From Eledone cirrhosa (taxonomy: Eukaryota), in contig OZ024742.1 in NCBI GenBank assembly GCA_964016885.1, positions 63,178,001 through 63,242,000 on the forward strand: a DNA stretch of 64,000 bases, given 5' to 3'. Made by a program: the position numbers and the translations under genes. Below, piece by piece: positions 1 to 14,500 of the stretch (within the stretch, counting starts at the first letter, position 1; each line of letters opens with the position of its first letter). The notes below the pieces were generated by a model. That model was not told the DNA's origin. It saw only the letters and a list, made by a program, of their open reading frames with translations, and did no database searches.

Positions 1-3000
1 GTCATCTCTTAACTTCTTACTACCTCTCTCTCAGTCAGTCTGTCTTCTCTTAACTTCTTACTACCTGTCTCTCTGTCAGTCTGTCTTCTCTTAACTTCTT
101 ACTACCTGTCTCTCTGTCAGTCTGTCATCTCTTAACTTCTTACTACCTGTCTCTCAGTCAGTCTGTCTTCTCTTAACTTCTTACTACCTGTCTCTCAGTC
201 AGTCTGTCTTCTCTTAACTTCTTACTACCTGTCTCTCTGTCAGTCTGTCATCTCTTAACTTCTTACTACATGTCTCTCTGTCAGTCTGTCTTCTCTTAAC
301 TTCTTACTACCTGTCTCTCTGTCAGTCTGTCATCACTTAACTTCTTACTACCTGTCTCTCAGTCAGTCTGTCATCTCTTAACTTTTTACTATTTGTCTCT
401 CTTTCAGTCTCTCTTCTCTTAACTTCTTACTAGCTGTCTCTCTGTCAGTCTGTCTTCTCTTAACTTCTTACTACCTGTCTCACTGTCAGTCTGTCATCTC
501 TTAACTTCTTACTACCTGTCTCTCTGTCAGTCTGTCATCTCTTAAATTCTTACTACCTGTCTCTCTGTCAGTCTGTCTTCTCTTAACTTCGTACTACACG
601 TCTCTCTGTCAGTCTGTCTTCTCTTAACTTCTTACTCTATGTCTCACTGTCAGTCTGTCTTCTCTTAACTTCTTACTACCTGTCTCTCTGTCAGTCTCTC
701 TTCTCTTAACTTCTTACTACCTGTCTCTAAGTCAGTCTGTCATCTCTTAACTTTTTACTATTTGTCTCTCATTCAGTCTCTCTTCACTTAACATCTTACT
801 ACCGGTCTCTCTGTCAGTCTGTCATCTCTTAACTTCTTACTACATGTCTCTCTGTCAGTCTGTCATCTCTTAACTTCTTACTACCTGTCTCTCTGTCAGT
901 CTGTCATCTCTTAACTTCTTACTACCTGTCTCTCTTTCAGTCTGTCATCTCTTAACTTCTTACTACCTGTCTCTCTGTCAGTCTGTCTTCTCTTAACTTC
1001 TTACTACCTGTCTCTCTGTCTGTCTGTCTTCTCTTAACTTCTTACTACCTGTCTCTCTGTCAGTCTGTCATCTCTTAACTTCTTACTACCTGTCTCTCAG
1101 TCAGTCTGTCTTCTCTTAACTTCTTACTACCTGTCTCTCAGTCAGTCTGTCTTCTCTTAACTTCTTACTACCTGTCTCTCTGTCAGTCTGTCATCTCTTA
1201 ACTTCTTACTACATGTCTCTCTGCCAGTCTGTCTTCTCTTAACTTCTTACTACCTGTCTCTCTGTCAGTCTGTCATCTCTTAACTTCTTACTACCTGTCT
1301 CTCAGTCAGTCTGTCATCTCTTAACTTTTTACTACTTGTCTCTCTTTCAGTCTCTCTTCTCTTAACTTCTTACTACCTGTCTCTCTGTCAGTCTTTCATC
1401 TCTTAACTTCTTACTACCTGTCTCTCTGTCAGTCTGTCATCTCTTAACTTCTTACTACCTGTCTCTCTGTCAGTCTGTCATCTCTTAACTTCTTACTACA
1501 TGTCTCTCTGCCAGTCTGTCTTCTCTTAACTTCTTACTACCTGTCTCTCTGTCAGTCTGTCATCTCTTAACTTCTTACTACCTGTCTCTCTGTCAGTCTG
1601 TCATCTCTTAACTTTTTACTATCTGTCTCTCATTCAGTCTCTCTTCTCTTAACTTCTTACTACCTGTCTCTCTGTCAGACTGTCATCTCTTAAATTCTTA
1701 CTACCTGTCTCTCTGTCAGTCTGTCATCTCTTAACTTCTAACTACCTGTCTCTCTGTCAGTTTGTCATCTCTTAACTTCTTACTACCTCTCTCTCAGTCA
1801 GTCTGTCTTCTCTTAACTTCTTACTACCTGTCTCTCTGTCACTCTGTCTTCTCTTAACTTCTTACTACCTGTCTCTCTGTCAGTCTGTCATCTCTTAACT
1901 TCTTACTACCTGTCTCTCAGTCAGTCTGTCTTCTCTTAACTTCTTACTACCTGTCTCTCAGTCAGTCTGTCTTCTCTTAACTTCTTACTACCTTTCTCTC
2001 TGTCAGTCTGTCATCTCTTAACTTCTTACTACATGTCTCTCTGTCAGTCTGTCTTCTCTTAACTTCTTACTACCTGTCTCTCTGTCAGTCTGTCATCTCT
2101 TAACTTCTTACTACCTGTCTCTCTGTCAGTCTGTCTTCTCTTAACTTCTTACTACCTGTCTCTCTGTCTGTCTGTCTTCTCTTAACTTCTTACTACCTGT
2201 CTCTCTGTCAGTCTGTCATCTCTTAACTTCTTACTACCTGTCTCTCAGTCAGTCTGTCTTCTCTTAACTTCTTACTACCTGTCTCTCAGTCAGTCTGTCT
2301 TCTCTTAACTTCTTACTACCTGTCTCTCTGTCAGTCTGTCATCTCTTAACTTCTTACTACATGTCTCTCTGCCAGTCTGTCTTCTCTTAACTTCTTACTA
2401 CCTGTCTCTCTGTCAGTCTGTCATCTCTTAACTTCTTACTACCTGTCTCTCAGTCAGTCTGTCATCTCTTAACTTTTTACTACTTGTCTCTCTTTCAGTC
2501 TCTCTTCTCTTAACTTCTTACTACCTGTCTCTCTGTCAGTCTTTCATCTCTTAACTTCTTACTACCTGTCTCTCTGTCAGTCTGTCATCTCTTAACTTCT
2601 TACTACCTGTCTCTCTGTCAGTCTGTCATCTCTTAACTTCTTACTACATGTCTCTCTGCCAGTCTGTCTTCTCTTAACTTCTTACTACCTGTCTCTCTGT
2701 CAGTCTGTCATCTCTTAACTTCTTACTACCTGTCTCTCTGTCAGTCTGTCATCTCTTAACTTTTTACTATCTGTCTCTCATTCAGTCTCTCTTCTCTTAA
2801 CTTCTTACTACCTGTCTCTCTGTCAGACTGTCATCTCTTAAATTCTTACTACCTGTCTCTCTGTCAGTCTGTCATCTCTTAACTTCTTACTACATGTCTC
2901 TCTGTCAGTTTGTCTTCTCTTAACTTCTTACTACCTGTCTCTCTGTCAGTCTGTCATCTCTTAACTTCTTACTACCTGTCTCTCAGTCAGTCTGTCATCT

Positions 3001-6000
3001 CTTAACTTTTTACTATTTGTCTCTCTTTCAGTCTCTCTTCTCTTAACTTCTTACTACCTGTCTCTCTGTCAGTCTTTCATCTCTTAACTTCTTACTACCT
3101 GTCTCTCTGTCAGTCTGTCTTCTCTTAACTTCTTACTACCTGTCTCACTGTCAGTCTGTCATCTCTTAACTTCTTACTACCTGTCTCTCTGTCAGTCTGT
3201 CATCTCTTAACTTCTTACTACCTGTCTCTCTGTCAGTCTGTCTTCTATTAACTTCTTGCTACCTGTCTCTCTGTCAGTCTGTCATCTCTTAACATCTTAC
3301 TACCTGTCTCTCTGTCAGTCTGTCATGTCTTAACTTTTTACTATATGTCTCTCATTCAGTCTCTCTTCTCTTAACTTCTTACTACCTGTCTCTCTGTCAG
3401 TCTGTCATCTCTTAACTTCTTACTACCTGTCTCTCTGTCAGTCTGTCATCTCTTAACTTCTAACTACCTGTCTCTCTGTCAGTTTGTCATCTCTTATCTT
3501 CTTACTACCTCTCTCTCAGTCAGTCTGTCTTCTCTTAACTTCTTACTACCTGTCTCTCTGTCAGTCTGTCTTCTCTTAAATACTTACTACCTGTCTCTCT
3601 GTCAGTCTGTCATCTCTTAACTTCTTACTACATGTCTCTCTGTCAGTCTGTCTTCTCTTAACTTCTTACTACCTGTCTCTCTGTTAGTCTGTCAATTCTT
3701 AACTTCTTACTACCTGCCTCTCTGTCAGTCTGTCTTCTCTTAACTTCTTACTACCTGTTTCTCTGTCAGTCTATCATCTCTTAACTTCTTACTACATGTC
3801 CCTCTGTCAGTCTGTCTTCTCTTAACTTCTTACTACCTCTCTCTCAGTCAGTCTGTCTTCTCTTAACTTCTTACTACCTGTCTCTCTGTCAGTCTGTCTT
3901 CTCTTAACTTCTTACTACCTGTCTCTCTGTCAGTCTGTCATCTCTTAACTTCTTACTACCTGTCTCTCAGTCAGTCTGTCTTCTCTTAACTTCTTACTAC
4001 CTGTCTCTCAGTCAGTCTGTCTTCTCTTAACTTCTTACTACCTGTCTCTCTGTCAGTCTGTCATCTCTTAACTTCTTAATACATGTCTCTCTGTCAGTCT
4101 GTCTTCTCTTAACTTCTTACTACCTGTCTCTCTGTCAGTCTGTCATCTCTTAACTTCTTACTACCTGTCTCTCAGTCAGTCTGTCATCTCTTAACTTTTT
4201 ACTATTTGTCTCTCTTTCAGTCTCTCTTCTCTTAACTTCTTACTACCTGTCTCTCTGTCAGTCTTTCATCTCTTAACTTCTTACTACCTGTCTCTCTGTC
4301 AGTCTGTCTTCTCTTAACTTCTTACTACCTGTCTCACTGTCAGTCTGTCATCTCTTAACTTCTTACTACCTGTCTCTCTGTCAGTCTGTCATCTCTTAAC
4401 TTCTTACTACCTGTCTCTCTGTCAGTCTGTCTTCTATTAACTTCTTGCTACCTGTCTCTCTGTCAGTCTGTCATCTCTTAACTTCTTACTACCTGTCTCT
4501 CTGTCAGTCTGTCATGTCTTAACTTTTTACTATCTGTCTCTTATTCAGTCTCTCTTCTCTTAACTTCTTACTACCTGTCTCTCTGTCAGTCTGTCATCTC
4601 TTAACTTCTTACTACCTGTCTCTCTGTCAGTCTGTCATCTCTTAACTTCTAACTACCTGTCTCTCTGTCAGTTTGTCATCTCTTAACTTCTTACTACCTC
4701 TCTCTCAGTCAGTCTGTCTTCTCTTAACTTCTTACTACCTGTCTCTCTGTCAGTCTGTCTTCTCTTAAATACTTACTACCTGTCTCTCTGTCAGTCTGTC
4801 ATCTCTTAACTTCTTACTACATGTCTCTCTGTCAGTCTGTCTTCTCTTAACTTCTTACTACCTGTCTCTCTGTTAGTCTGTCAATTCTTCACTTCTTACT
4901 ACCTGCCTCTCTGTCAGTCTGTCTTCTCTTAACTTCTTACTACCTGTTTCTCTGTCAGTCTGTCATCTCTTAACTTCTTACTACATGTCTCTCTGTCAAT
5001 CTGTCTTCTCTTAACTTCTTACTACCTGTCTCTCTGTCAGTCTGTCTTCTCTTAACTTCTTACTACCTGTCTCTCTGTCAGTCTGTCATCTCTTAACTTC
5101 TTACTACCTGTCTCTCTGCCAGTCTGTCTTCTCTTAACTTCTTACTACCTGTCTCTCTGTCAGTCTGTCATCACTTAACTTCTTACTACCTGTCTCTCAG
5201 TCAGTCTGTCATCTCTTAACTTTTTACTACTTGTCTCTCTTTCAGTCTCTCTTCTCTTAACTTCTTACTACCTGTCTCTCTGTCAGTCTTTCATCTCTTA
5301 ACTTCTTACTACCTGTCTCTCTGTCAGTCTGTCATCTCTTAACTTCTTACTACCTGTCTCTCTGTCAGTCTGTCATCTCTTAACTTCTTACTACATGTCT
5401 CTCTGCCAGTCTGTCTTCTCTTAACTTCTTACTACCTGTCTCTCTGTCAGTCTGTCATCTCTTAACTTCTTACTACCTGTCTCTCTGTCAGTCTGTCATC
5501 TCTTAACTTTTTACTATCTGTCTCTCATTCAGTCTCTCTTCTCTTAACTTCTTACTACCTGTCTCTCTGTCAGACTGTCATCTCTTAAATTCTTACTACC
5601 TGTCTCTCTGTCAGTCTGTCATCTCTTAACTTCTTACTACATGTCTCTCAGTCAGTCTGTCATCTCTTAACTTTTTACTACTTGTCTCTCTTTCAGTCTC
5701 TCTTCTCTTAACTTCTTACTACCTGTCTCTCTGTCAGTCTGTCATCACTTAACTTCTTACTACCTGTCTCTCAGTCAGTCTGTCATCTCTTAACTTTTTA
5801 CTACTTGTCTCTCTTTCAGTCTCTCTTCTCTTAACTTCTTACTACCTGTCTCTCTGTCAGTCTTTCATCTCTTAACTTCTTACTACCTGTCTCTCTGTCA
5901 GTCTGTCATCTCTTAACTTCTTACTACCTGTCTCTCTGTCAGTCTGTCATCTCTTAACTTCTTACTACATGTCTCTCTGCCAGTCTGTCTTCTCTTAACT

Positions 6001-8599
6001 TCTTACTACCTGTCTCTCTGTCAGTCTGTCATCTCTTAACTTCTTACTACCTGTCTCTCTGTCAGTCTGTCATCTCTTAACTTTTTACTATCTGTCTCTC
6101 ATTCAGTCTCTCTTCTCTTAACTTCTTACTACCTGTCTCTCTGTCAGACTGTCATCTCTTAAATTCTTACTACCTGTCTCTCTGTCAGTCTGTCATCTCT
6201 TAACTTCTTACTACATGTCTCTCTGTCAGTTTGTCTTCTCTTAACTTCTTACTACCTGTCTCTCTGTCAGTCTGTCATCTCTTAACTTCTTACTACCTGT
6301 CTCTCAGTCAGTCTGTCATCTCTTAACTTTTTACTATTTGTCTCTCTTTCAGTCTCTCTTCTCTTAACTTCTTACTACCTGTCTCTCTGTCAGTCTTTCA
6401 TCTCTTAACTTCTTACTACCTGTCTCTCTGTCAGTCTGTCTTCTCTTAACTTCTTACTACCTGTCTCACTGTCAGTCTGTCATCTCTTAACTTCTTACTA
6501 CCTGTCTCTCTGTCAGTCTGTCATCTCTTAACTTCTTACTACCTGTCTCTCTGTCAGTCTGTCTTCTATTAACTTCTTGCTACCTGTCTCTCTGTCAGTC
6601 TGTCATCTCTTAACATCTTACTACCTGTCTCTCTGTCAGTCTGTCATGTCTTAACTTTTTACTATATGTCTCTCATTCAGTCTCTCTTCTCTTAACTTCT
6701 TACTACCTGTCTCTCTGTCAGTCTGTCATCTCTTAACTTCTTACTACCTGTCTCTCAGTCAGTCTGTCATCTCTTAACTTTTTACTACTTGTCTCTCTTT
6801 CAGTCTCTCTTCTCTTAACTTCTTACTACCTGTCTCTCTGTCAGTCTTTCATCTCTTAACTTCTTACTACCTGTCTCTCTGTCAGTCTGTCATCTCTTAA
6901 CTTCTTACTACCTGTCTCTCTGTCAGTCTGTCATCTCTTAACTTCTTACTACATGTCTCTCTGCCAGTCTGTCTTCTCTTAACTTCTTACTACCTGTCTC
7001 TCTGTCAGTCTGTCATCTCTTAACTTCTTACTACCTGTCTCTCTGTCAGTCTGTCATCTCTTAACTTTTTACTATCTGTCTCTCATTCAGTCTCTCTTCT
7101 CTTAACTTCTTACTACCTGTCTCTCTGTCAGACTGTCATCTCTTAAATTCTTACTACCTGTCTCTCTGTCAGTCTGTCATCTCTTAACTTCTTACTACAT
7201 GTCTCTCTGTCAGTTTGTCTTCTCTTAACTTCTTACTACCTGTCTCTCTGTCAGTCTGTCATCTCTTAACTTCTTACTACCTGTCTCTCAGTCAGTCTGT
7301 CTTCTCTTAACTTCTTACTAACTGTCTCTCAGTCAGTCTGTCTTCTCTTAACTTCTTACTACCTGTCTCTCTGTCAGTCTGTCATCTCTTAACTTCTTAA
7401 TACATGTCTCTCTGTCAGTCTGTCTTCTCTTAACTTCTTACTACCTGTCTCTCTGTCAGTCTGTCATCTCTTAACTTCTTACTACCTGTCTCTCAGTCAG
7501 TCTGTCATCTCTTAACTTTTTACTATTTGTCTCTCTTTCAGTCTCTCTTCTCTTAACTTCTTACTACCTGTCTCTCTGTCAGTCTTTCATCTCTTAACTT
7601 CTTACTACCTGTCTCTCTGTCAGTCTGTCTTCTCTTAACTTCTTACTACCTGTCTCACTGTCAGTCTGTCATCTCTTAACTTCTTACTACCTGTCTCTCT
7701 GTCAGTCTGTCATCTCTTAACTTCTTACTACCTGTCTCTCTGTCAGTCTGTCTTCTATTAACTTCTTGCTACCTGTCTCTCTGTCAGTCTGTCATCTCTT
7801 AACTTCTTACTACCTGTCTCTCTGTCAGTCTGTCATGTCTTAACTTTTTACTATCTGTCTCTTATTCAGTCTCTCTTCTCTTAACTTCTTACTACCTGTC
7901 TCTCTGTCAGTCTGTCATCTCTTAACTTCTTACTACCTGTCTCTCTGTCAGTCTGTCATCTCTTAACTTCTAACTACCTGTCTCTCTGTCAGTTTGTCAT
8001 CTCTTAACTTCTTACTACCTCTCTCTCAGTCAGTCTGTCTTCTCTTAACTTCTTACTACCTGTCTCTCTGTCAGTCTGTCTTCTCTTAAATACTTACTAC
8101 CTGTCTCTCTGTCAGTCTGTCATCTCTTAACTTCTTACTACATGTCTCTCTGTCAGTCTGTCTTCTCTTAACTTCTTACTACCTGTCTCTCTGTTAGTCT
8201 GTCAATTCTTCACTTCTTACTACCTGCCTCTCTGTCAGTCTGTCTTCTCTTAACTTCTTACTACCTGTTTCTCTGTCAGTCTGTCATCTCTTAACTTCTT
8301 ACTACATGTCTCTCTGTCAATCTGTCTTCTCTTAACTTCTTACTACCTGTCTCTCTGTCAGTCTGTCTTCTCTTAACTTCTTACTACCTGTCTCTCTGTC
8401 AGTCTGTCATCTCTTAACTTCTTACTACCTGTCTCTCAGTCAGTCTGTCTTCTCTTAACTTCTTACTACCTGTCTCTCAGTCAGTCTGTCTTCTCTTAAC
8501 TTCTTACTACCTGTCTCTCTGTCAGTCTGTCATCTCTTAACTTCTTACTACATGTCTCTCTGCCAGTCTGTCTTCTCTTAACTTCTTACTACCTGTCTC

Positions 8600-11500
8600 T
8601 CTGTCAGTCTGTCATCTCTTAACTTCTTACTACCTGTCTCTCAGTCAGTCTGTCATCTCTTAACTTTTTACTACTTGTCTCTCTTTCAGTCTCTCTTCTC
8701 TTAACTTCTTACTACCTGTCTCTCTGTCAGTCTTTCATCTCTTAACTTCTTACTACCTGTCTCTCTGTCAGTCTGTCATCTCTTAACTTCTTACTACCTG
8801 TCTCTCTGTCAGTCTGTCATCTCTTAACTTCTTACTACATGTCTCTCTGCCAGTCTGTCTTCTCTTAACTTCTTACTACCTGTCTCTCTGTCAGTCTGTC
8901 ATCTCTTAACTTCTTACTACCTGTCTCTCTGTCAGTCTGTCATCTCTTAACTTTTTACTATCTGTCTCTCATTCAGTCTCTCTTCTCTTAACTTCTTACT
9001 ACCTGTCTCTCTGTCAGACTGTCATCTCTTAAATTCTTACTACCTGTCTCTCTGTCAGTCTGTCATCTCTTAACTTCTTACTACATGTCTCTCTGTCAGT
9101 TTGTCTTCTCTTAACTTCTTACTACCTGTCTCTCTGTCAGTCTGTCATCTCTTAACTTCTTACTACCTGTCTCTCAGTCAGTCTGTCATCTCTTAACTTT
9201 TTACTATTTGTCTCTCTTTCAGTCTCTCTTCTCTTAACTTCTTACTACCTGTCTCTCTGTCAGTCTTTCATCTCTTAACTTCTTACTACCTGTCTCTCTG
9301 TCAGTCTGTCTTCTCTTAACTTCTTACTACCTGTCTCACTGTCAGTCTGTCATCTCTTAACTTCTTACTACCTGTCTCTCTGTCAGTCTGTCATCTCTTA
9401 ACTTCTTACTACCTGTCTCTCTGTCAGTCTGTCTTCTATTAACTTCTTGCTACCTGTCTCTCTGTCAGTCTGTCATCTCTTAACATCTTACTACCTGTCT
9501 CTCTGTCAGTCTGTCATGTCTTAACTTTTTACTATATGTCTCTCATTCAGTCTCTCTTCTCTTAACTTCTTACTACCTGTCTCTCTGTCAGTCTGTCATC
9601 TCTTAACTTCTTACTACCTGTCTCTCTGTCAGTCTGTCATCTCTTAACTTCTAACTACCTGTCTCTCTGTCAGTTTGTCATCTCTTATCTTCTTACTACC
9701 TCTCTCTCAGTCAGTCTGTCTTCTCTTAACTTCTTACTACCTGTCTCTCTGTCAGTCTGTCTTCTCTTAAATACTTACTACCTGTCTCTCTGTCAGTCTG
9801 TCATCTCTTAACTTCTTACTACATGTCTCTCTGTCAGTCTGTCTTCTCTTAACTTCTTACTACCTGTCTCTCTGTTAGTCTGTCAATTCTTAACTTCTTA
9901 CTACCTGCCTCTCTGTCAGTCTGTCTTCTCTTAACTTCTTACTACCTGTTTCTCTGTCAGTCTATCATCTCTTAACTTCTTACTACATGTCCCTCTGTCA
10001 GTCTGTCTTCTCTTAACTTCTTACTACCTCTCTCTCAGTCAGTCTGTCTTCTCTTAACTTCTTACTACCTGTCTCTCTGTCAGTCTGTCTTCTCTTAACT
10101 TCTTACTACCTGTCTCTCTGTCAGTCTGTCATCTCTTAACTTCTTACTACCTGTCTCTCAGTCAGTCTGTCTTCTCTTAACTTCTTACTACCTGTCTCTC
10201 AGTCAGTCTGTCTTCTCTTAACTTCTTACTACCTGTCTCTCTGTCAGTCTGTCATCTCTTAACTTCTTAATACATGTCTCTCTGTCAGTCTGTCTTCTCT
10301 TAACTTCTTACTACCTGTCTCTCTGTCAGTCTGTCATCTCTTAACTTCTTACTACCTGTCTCTCAGTCAGTCTGTCATCTCTTAACTTTTTACTATTTGT
10401 CTCTCTTTCAGTCTCTCTTCTCTTAACTTCTTACTACCTGTCTCTCTGTCAGTCTTTCATCTCTTAACTTCTTACTACCTGTCTCTCTGTCAGTCTGTCT
10501 TCTCTTAACTTCTTACTACCTGTCTCACTGTCAGTCTGTCATCTCTTAACTTCTTACTACCTGTCTCTCTGTCAGTCTGTCATCTCTTAACTTCTTACTA
10601 CCTGTCTCTCTGTCAGTCTGTCTTCTATTAACTTCTTGCTACCTGTCTCTCTGTCAGTCTGTCATCTCTTAACTTCTTACTACCTGTCTCTCTGTCAGTC
10701 TGTCATGTCTTAACTTTTTACTATCTGTCTCTTATTCAGTCTCTCTTCTCTTAACTTCTTACTACCTGTCTCTCTGTCAGTCTGTCATCTCTTAACTTCT
10801 TACTACCTGTCTCTCTGTCAGTCTGTCATCTCTTAACTTCTAACTACCTGTCTCTCTGTCAGTTTGTCATCTCTTAACTTCTTACTACCTCTCTCTCAGT
10901 CAGTCTGTCTTCTCTTAACTTCTTACTACCTGTCTCTCTGTCAGTCTGTCTTCTCTTAAATACTTACTACCTGTCTCTCTGTCAGTCTGTCATCTCTTAA
11001 CTTCTTACTACATGTCTCTCTGTCAGTCTGTCTTCTCTTAACTTCTTACTACCTGTCTCTCTGTTAGTCTGTCAATTCTTCACTTCTTACTACCTGCCTC
11101 TCTGTCAGTCTGTCTTCTCTTAACTTCTTACTACCTGTTTCTCTGTCAGTCTGTCATCTCTTAACTTCTTACTACATGTCTCTCTGTCAATCTGTCTTCT
11201 CTTAACTTCTTACTACCTGTCTCTCTGTCAGTCTGTCTTCTCTTAACTTCTTACTACCTGTCTCTCTGTCAGTCTGTCATCTCTTAACTTCTTACTACCT
11301 GTCTCTCTGCCAGTCTGTCTTCTCTTAACTTCTTACTACCTGTCTCTCTGTCAGTCTGTCATCACTTAACTTCTTACTACCTGTCTCTCAGTCAGTCTGT
11401 CATCTCTTAACTTTTTACTACTTGTCTCTCTTTCAGTCTCTCTTCTCTTAACTTCTTACTACCTGTCTCTCTGTCAGTCTTTCATCTCTTAACTTCTTAC

Positions 11501-14500
11501 TACCTGTCTCTCTGTCAGTCTGTCATCTCTTAACTTCTTACTACCTGTCTCTCTGTCAGTCTGTCATCTCTTAACTTCTTACTACATGTCTCTCTGCCAG
11601 TCTGTCTTCTCTTAACTTCTTACTACCTGTCTCTCTGTCAGTCTGTCATCTCTTAACTTCTTACTACCTGTCTCTCTGTCAGTCTGTCATCTCTTAACTT
11701 TTTACTATCTGTCTCTCATTCAGTCTCTCTTCTCTTAACTTCTTACTACCTGTCTCTCTGTCAGACTGTCATCTCTTAAATTCTTACTACCTGTCTCTCT
11801 GTCAGTCTGTCATCTCTTAACTTCTTACTACATGTCTCTCAGTCAGTCTGTCATCTCTTAACTTTTTACTACTTGTCTCTCTTTCAGTCTCTCTTCTCTT
11901 AACTTCTTACTACCTGTCTCTCTGTCAGTCTGTCATCACTTAACTTCTTACTACCTGTCTCTCAGTCAGTCTGTCATCTCTTAACTTTTTACTACTTGTC
12001 TCTCTTTCAGTCTCTCTTCTCTTAACTTCTTACTACCTGTCTCTCTGTCAGTCTTTCATCTCTTAACTTCTTACTACCTGTCTCTCTGTCAGTCTGTCAT
12101 CTCTTAACTTCTTACTACCTGTCTCTCTGTCAGTCTGTCATCTCTTAACTTCTTACTACATGTCTCTCTGCCAGTCTGTCTTCTCTTAACTTCTTACTAC
12201 CTGTCTCTCTGTCAGTCTGTCATCTCTTAACTTCTTACTACCTGTCTCTCTGTCAGTCTGTCATCTCTTAACTTTTTACTATCTGTCTCTCATTCAGTCT
12301 CTCTTCTCTTAACTTCTTACTACCTGTCTCTCTGTCAGACTGTCATCTCTTAAATTCTTACTACCTGTCTCTCTGTCAGTCTGTCATCTCTTAACTTCTT
12401 ACTACATGTCTCTCTGTCATTTTGTCTTCTCTTAACTTCTTACTACCTGTCTCTCTGTCAGTCTGTCATCTCTTAACTTCTTACTACCTGTCTCTCAGTC
12501 AGTCTGTCATCTCTTAACTTTTTACTATTTGTCTCTCTTTCAGTCTCTCTTCTCTTAACTTCTTACTACCTGTCTCTCTGTCAGTCTTTCATCTCTTAAC
12601 TTCTTACTACCTGTCTCTCTGTCAGTCTGTCTTCTCTTAACTTCTTACTACCTGTCTCACTGTCAGTCTGTCATCTCTTAACTTCTTACTACCTGTCTCT
12701 CTGTCAGTCTGTCATCTCTTAACTTCTTACTACCTGTCTCTCTGTCAGTCTGTCTTCTATTAACTTCTTGCTACCTGTCTCTCTGTCAGTCTGTCATCTC
12801 TTAACATCTTACTACCTGTCTCTCTGTCAGTCTGTCATGTCTTAACTTTTTACTATATGTCTCTCATTCAGTCTCTCTTCTCTTAACTTCTTACTACCTG
12901 TCTCTCTGTCAGTCTGTCATCTCTTAACTTCTTACTACCTGTCTCTCTGTCAGTCTGTCATCTCTTAACTTCTAACTACCTGTCTCTCTGTCAGTTTGTC
13001 ATCTCTTATCTTCTTACTACCTCTCTCTCAGTCAGTCTGTCTTCTCTTAACTTCTTACTACCTGTCTCTCTGTCAGTCTGTCTTCTCTTAAATACTTACT
13101 ACCTGTCTCTCTGTCAGTCTGTCATCTCTTAACTTCTTACTACATGTCTCTCTGTCAGTCTGTCTTCTCTTAACTTCTTACTACCTGTCTCTCTGTTAGT
13201 CTGTCAATTCTTAACTTCTTACTACCTGCCTCTCTGTCAGTCTGTCTTCTCTTAACTTCTTACTACCTGTTTCTCTGTCAGTCTATCATCTCTTAACTTC
13301 TTACTACATGTCCCTCTGTCAGTCTGTCTTCTCTTAACTTCTTACTACCTCTCTCTCAGTCAGTCTGTCTTCTCTTAACTTCTTACTACCTGTCTCTCTG
13401 TCAGTCTGTCTTCTCTTAACTTCTTACTACCTGTCTCTCTGTCAGTCTGTCATCTCTTAACTTCTTACTACCTGTCTCTCAGTCAGTCTGTCTTCTCTTA
13501 ACTTCTTACTACCTGTCTCTCAGTCAGTCTGTCTTCTCTTAACTTCTTACTACCTGTCTCTCTGTCAGTCTGTCATCTCTTAACTTCTTAATACATGTCT
13601 CTCTGTCAGTCTGTCTTCTCTTAACTTCTTACTACCTGTCTCTCTGTCAGTCTGTCATCTCTTAACTTCTTACTACCTGTCTCTCAGTCAGTCTGTCATC
13701 TCTTAACTTTTTACTATTTGTCTCTCTTTCAGTCTCTCTTCTCTTAACTTCTTACTACCTGTCTCTCTGTCAGTCTTTCATCTCTTAACTTCTTACTACC
13801 TGTCTCTCTGTCAGTCTGTCTTCTCTTAACTTCTTACTACCTGTCTCACTGTCAGTCTGTCATCTCTTAACTTCTTACTACCTGTCTCTCTGTCAGTCTG
13901 TCATCTCTTAACTTCTTACTACCTGTCTCTCTGTCAGTCTGTCTTCTATTAACTTCTTGCTACCTGTCTCTCTGTCAGTCTGTCATCTCTTAACTTCTTA
14001 CTACCTGTCTCTCTGTCAGTCTGTCATGTCTTAACTTTTTACTATCTGTCTCTTATTCAGTCTCTCTTCTCTTAACTTCTTACTACCTGTCTCTCTGTCA
14101 GTCTGTCATCTCTTAACTTCTTACTACCTGTCTCTCTGTCAGTCTGTCATCTCTTAACTTCTAACTACCTGTCTCTCTGTCAGTTTGTCATCTCTTAACT
14201 TCTTACTACCTCTCTCTCAGTCAGTCTGTCTTCTCTTAACTTCTTACTACCTGTCTCTCTGTCAGTCTGTCTTCTCTTAAATACTTACTACCTGTCTCTC
14301 TGTCAGTCTGTCATCTCTTAACTTCTTACTACATGTCTCTCTGTCAGTCTGTCTTCTCTTAACTTCTTACTACCTGTCTCTCTGTTAGTCTGTCAATTCT
14401 TCACTTCTTACTACCTGCCTCTCTGTCAGTCTGTCTTCTCTTAACTTCTTACTACCTGTTTCTCTGTCAGTCTGTCATCTCTTAACTTCTTACTACATGT

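Noticed and set aside
9-12. TTAA in each monomer as piggyBac target sites
   Set aside because: No insertion, terminal inverted repeat or interruption was seen anywhere in the array.
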